Assembly (NCBI GenBank): GCA_965217115.1
Contig: OZ244239.1
Coordinates: 768,001 to 832,000 of the forward strand
DNA length: 64,000 nucleotides
Source of the DNA: Bdellovibrionales bacterium
GTDB lineage: Bacteria; Bdellovibrionota; Bdellovibrionia; Bdellovibrionales; CAYMLA01
Direction: 5' to 3'
Positions within the stretch are counted from its first letter, which is position 1. The number at the start of each line of letters is the position of its first letter. The translations under genes and the position numbers were made by a program. Positions 61,136 to 64,000 of the stretch are shown one piece after another. The notes beneath the pieces were generated by a model. The model ran no database searches, was not told the origin of the DNA, and saw only the letters and a list, made by a program, of their open reading frames with translations.

Positions 61136-62512
61136 ATGAAAAAAACAACTGCGCCATCGATCATTGTCTTTTTATCATTACTTGTTATCTCCCAGTTTTT
61201 ATTCGCAGGTGGAGCGGGGCTACTCGCAGGTAAAGAGGGGAGTTGTAAAGAAGTCTCTGACTACTGTAAAAAAAATCCGAGTAAGTGTGCTAACAGCACA
61301 TTGCTCGCTGCTAAGGTTCAAGCTCAACTCCATGAACTCGAACAAAAAGCCTCTGCCCAAGGCCGAGATCTTAAGGCTGTCTTTATAGGCCGCATGGGCA
61401 GCGATCTTGGAGAATCCATTGTTCTATCCAATCAAAACCCTGAAACGGGGGAATCTTTCACCTCTCTCAAAGACTATAGACGATTTGCTGATGACCAAGA
61501 GTCCAAAAGACTTGAACATTTAGATGACCATGAAGCAAAATTCCTCTCAGATCCAGAGGGCGCACTGGAGAAACTAGCCTCTCCCCATCGAAAAGCCCGT
61601 TACAGCCATCTTGGTATTGCCTTAAAAAACCACCCAAGAGGACGCTGGCATATAACTCATCTCCTAAGAAGCTGCCAAAATCCTGTTCCCAATTTGTATG
61701 ACCAAAACATAACCACTTTTTTCTTAGATGAACCACATGATTTCGGCAGTCAAATTATTATTCCTAAACAAAAAATACAAGATCGAATGGAGAAATTTAT
61801 TCTAAAGGAAAAAGGCGCTTATTTTTTAATGTCTCCTTTTTACAACCTCATTTCTGAGTGGAATAACAGCACGGAGCAAAGCTCGACTAATTGGACACTT
61901 GAAGTCATGGCCACTTCACAGCTACCTGAAGGACAGTTCTTTGACATGCTTCAAGAGAGATTAGATGCCCTCGATAAAGATGTCTTTATTGACAGAGATA
62001 GCTTCATTAAAAAATACTCTCACTTAAAGAGAAATCAAAATAACCTCAGAAATGAATGGGGAATTAAATACGCTGGTCAAAATCAAAAAAGTACTTCAAC
62101 TTCGCAGAGAGAAGAATTGCAAGAAAAAATCAAGAGGGCCGAGCTAAAGCTGGCCCCCTATTATCGAGTTTTTAGTAAAGGTCGTAAAATAGCACAAGAA
62201 ATTTTAAAACAAACTCACTATCTCCCTCTACGTGTACTATTCAAGGGGGTGCATTCTTTAGCTGGTACCTATATCGGTAAAGCCTTTGGTCCTAGCTATG
62301 TGAGACCTCGTAAGGACAATAATTCTCTCTACTCATTAGGCCGAGTGAATATCACGCTCTCCTTCCGAGAGTACTCAGAGAAAAACAATCTTCTTGAAAC
62401 AGACCTACTCAATGGCATCGTGGACATTTATCTCACTTCAGAAGAAAGACACACGCCTGTAGTAGATAAAACTACAAAAACTAGCTTTAAATTTAAATCA
62501 AAGTCAGAATAG
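61136..62512 (+). CDS. DUF2145-like secreted protein with large insertions
   Basis: IGRMGSDL, RYSHLGIA, HLLRSC, FFLD, QSSTNWTLE resemble DUF2145 motifs. Confidence 0.7.
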   Translation: MKKTTAPSIIVFLSLLVISQFLFAGGAGLLAGKEGSCKEVSDYCKKNPSKCANSTLLAAKVQAQLHELEQKASAQGRDLKAVFIGRMGSDLGESIVLSNQNPETGESFTSLKDYRRFADDQESKRLEHLDDHEAKFLSDPEGALEKLASPHRKARYSHLGIALKNHPRGRWHITHLLRSCQNPVPNLYDQNITTFFLDEPHDFGSQIIIPKQKIQDRMEKFILKEKGAYFLMSPFYNLISEWNNSTEQSSTNWTLEVMATSQLPEGQFFDMLQERLDALDKDVFIDRDSFIKKYSHLKRNQNNLRNEWGIKYAGQNQKSTSTSQREELQEKIKRAELKLAPYYRVFSKGRKIAQEILKQTHYLPLRVLFKGVHSLAGTYIGKAFGPSYVRPRKDNNSLYSLGRVNITLSFREYSEKNNLLETDLLNGIVDIYLTSEERHTPVVDKTTKTSFKFKSKSE

Positions 62513-62542
62513 AGGCAAACGCAGACTTGATATTATGGGTTT

Positions 62543-62989
62543 TTATATTTTTGCAAAAATATCGTCTTGAATTTTAAACATCAATCGAGCCTCTTTGTCT
62601 GATTTTCCATGATCATATCCCAAGAGGTGTAATATCCCATGCAAAACTAAGTGGGCGATCTCTTTCCTTAAAGTTTGCTTATGGGCTATGGCTTGTGTTT
62701 TAACGACAGGAACGCATAAAACAATCTCTCCTAAGCAACCCTTCTCAATGGGAGCGAAACTCAAAACATCCGTGCTCTCATTTTTACCTCGGAATTGATG
62801 ATTTAACTTTCGCCCCTGCTGCTGGCTAGCAAAAACAATGATTAATTCCTTGTGCTCAATATTTCTTAAAACAGTCTTTTTAACCAAGTGATGGGTTTGC
62901 AAACATTTAAATGTTTTTTCAACCCATTGTTCTAAAAACACACGTGGTACGCGAAAGCCTTCACAATGATTTATAAATAGCAGATTCAT
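62543..62989 (-). CDS. ybeY: rRNA maturation RNase YbeY
   Basis: LNHQFRGK, TDVLSF, LGEI, HGILHLLGYDH. Confidence 0.96.
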   Translation of the reverse strand: MNLLFINHCEGFRVPRVFLEQWVEKTFKCLQTHHLVKKTVLRNIEHKELIIVFASQQQGRKLNHQFRGKNESTDVLSFAPIEKGCLGEIVLCVPVVKTQAIAHKQTLRKEIAHLVLHGILHLLGYDHGKSDKEARLMFKIQDDIFAKI

Positions 62990-64000
62990 AAACTTTTCAA
63001 TTTTATTTTAAGAGCTTCTTTAATATTCTCTGCCCCCTTATCCCCAATACTCCCCTTATTGCCGAGTTGTGGATAATCAATGCGTTGATGATAAATACTT
63101 AGAAGAGTATGAATACAGTGCTTTTCAATAACAGATAAATCACGCAGGGTTAAATTACACTCATCAAGCTGGCCATCTAGAAATTTTTTGTGGATAATGT
63201 TTTTAACCAAGTTTTGTATCCGCACAGGAGTCGGCTCAGCCAAGGATCTGGCAGCAGCTTCAATGCTATCGGCTATCATTAAAAGACCTGATTCACGAAA
63301 CTGAGGTCTCGGCCCTGGATAACGAAAATCCTCTTCCTTAACATGATCAATCTCTTCATTCTCACTCTCTAAAGCTCTATTATAGAAATATTCTATTAAC
63401 GTCGTTCCGTGATGCTGCAAAATCCCATCAATAATTGGTTTCCCCAATTTATGCTGCAAGCCCATTTCAGCACCATCTTTTACGTGGGCGATTAAGATTG
63501 TCTTACTCATATATGCAGATATCTGATCGTGTGGGTTATGGCCCGGTCTCTGGTTTTCAATAAAATACTCAGCATGTTCAGTCTTACCAATATCGTGATA
63601 ATACCCCATAACTTTCCCTAGAAGAGGATTAGCTCCAATCCCTTCAGCACTCACCTCCATCATTGCACCCACCACAATAGAGTGATGATAAGTCCCTGGA
63701 GCTTTTACTAAGAGATCTTTGAGCAGAGGATGATTTAAATTACACAATTCCAACAAACGAACGTCAGTTGTGTAATTAAATAATGATTCCAATAACGGGA
63801 TCATCATCATTGTTACAAACGCAGAGAACACTCCCCCAAAAAAACCAGCTGAGACAACCCATAGAAGCTCTTTGGAAAGGTTCGTATTAGAAACAGAACC
63901 CTCAATGGTTAAAACTAGAATAATACTTAAAGCATTCATCAAACCTATGCGCACACCTGCGTTATAGATGTCATTTCTTTTTTTACAACCGTGAACACCT
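62986..64000 (-). CDS. 7TM-HD (HDIG) phosphohydrolase, PgpH-like, 5' end outside window
   Basis: APGTYHHS, YHDIGK, QHHGT, FRYPGPRP, ADSIEAA; frame open to window edge. Confidence 0.93.
   Translation of the reverse strand, partial: GVHGCKKRNDIYNAGVRIGLMNALSIILVLTIEGSVSNTNLSKELLWVVSAGFFGGVFSAFVTMMMIPLLESLFNYTTDVRLLELCNLNHPLLKDLLVKAPGTYHHSIVVGAMMEVSAEGIGANPLLGKVMGYYHDIGKTEHAEYFIENQRPGHNPHDQISAYMSKTILIAHVKDGAEMGLQHKLGKPIIDGILQHHGTTLIEYFYNRALESENEEIDHVKEEDFRYPGPRPQFRESGLLMIADSIEAAARSLAEPTPVRIQNLVKNIIHKKFLDGQLDECNLTLRDLSVIEKHCIHTLLSIYHQRIDYPQLGNKGSIGDKGAENIKEALKIKLKSL

Noticed and set aside
1..64000. CRISPR array or cas genes
   Set aside because: No run of equal repeats with unique equal-length spacers; no Cas motifs seen.

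Overview
AT-rich bacterial chromosome segment whose gene content (TIGR02147-like regulator, XRE regulator with LGYSSPQFVSNWERG, SWIB/H1-like protein, many Cys-rich secreted orphans) suggests a Bdellovibrionota-like organism (inference). Core blocks, mostly on the minus strand, occupy about 21.7-36.2 kb (asparaginase-II-like, LLM oxidoreductase, orn, ahcY, map, MscS, ettA, nagZ, UvrD/Rep), 45.2-59.3 kb (topA, tex, infA, hutI, gpmA, sucAB, lpdA) and 62.5-64 kb (ybeY, HD phosphodiesterase). Accessory regions lie downstream of tRNA-Asp (1-21.4 kb) and of tRNA-Leu (36.3-45.1 kb). Main points: (1) five copies of a ~345 bp nested-hairpin MITE, three with clean 8-bp target duplications; (2) an array of co-oriented single secreted-protein genes separated by reused non-coding modules, with att-like relics of the tRNA-Asp 3' end; (3) a two-gene locus of a small exported Cys/Trp-tailed peptide plus a ferritin-like di-iron enzyme, a candidate new RiPP-type system; (4) a 4.3 kb defence islet (TIR + OLD nuclease) bounded by a duplication of a complete tRNA-Leu plus the topA 3' end; (5) an asparaginase-II homolog with its three usual Zn ligands replaced, in an operon with an LLM flavoenzyme. 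All calls are from reading the sequence; no searches were run.
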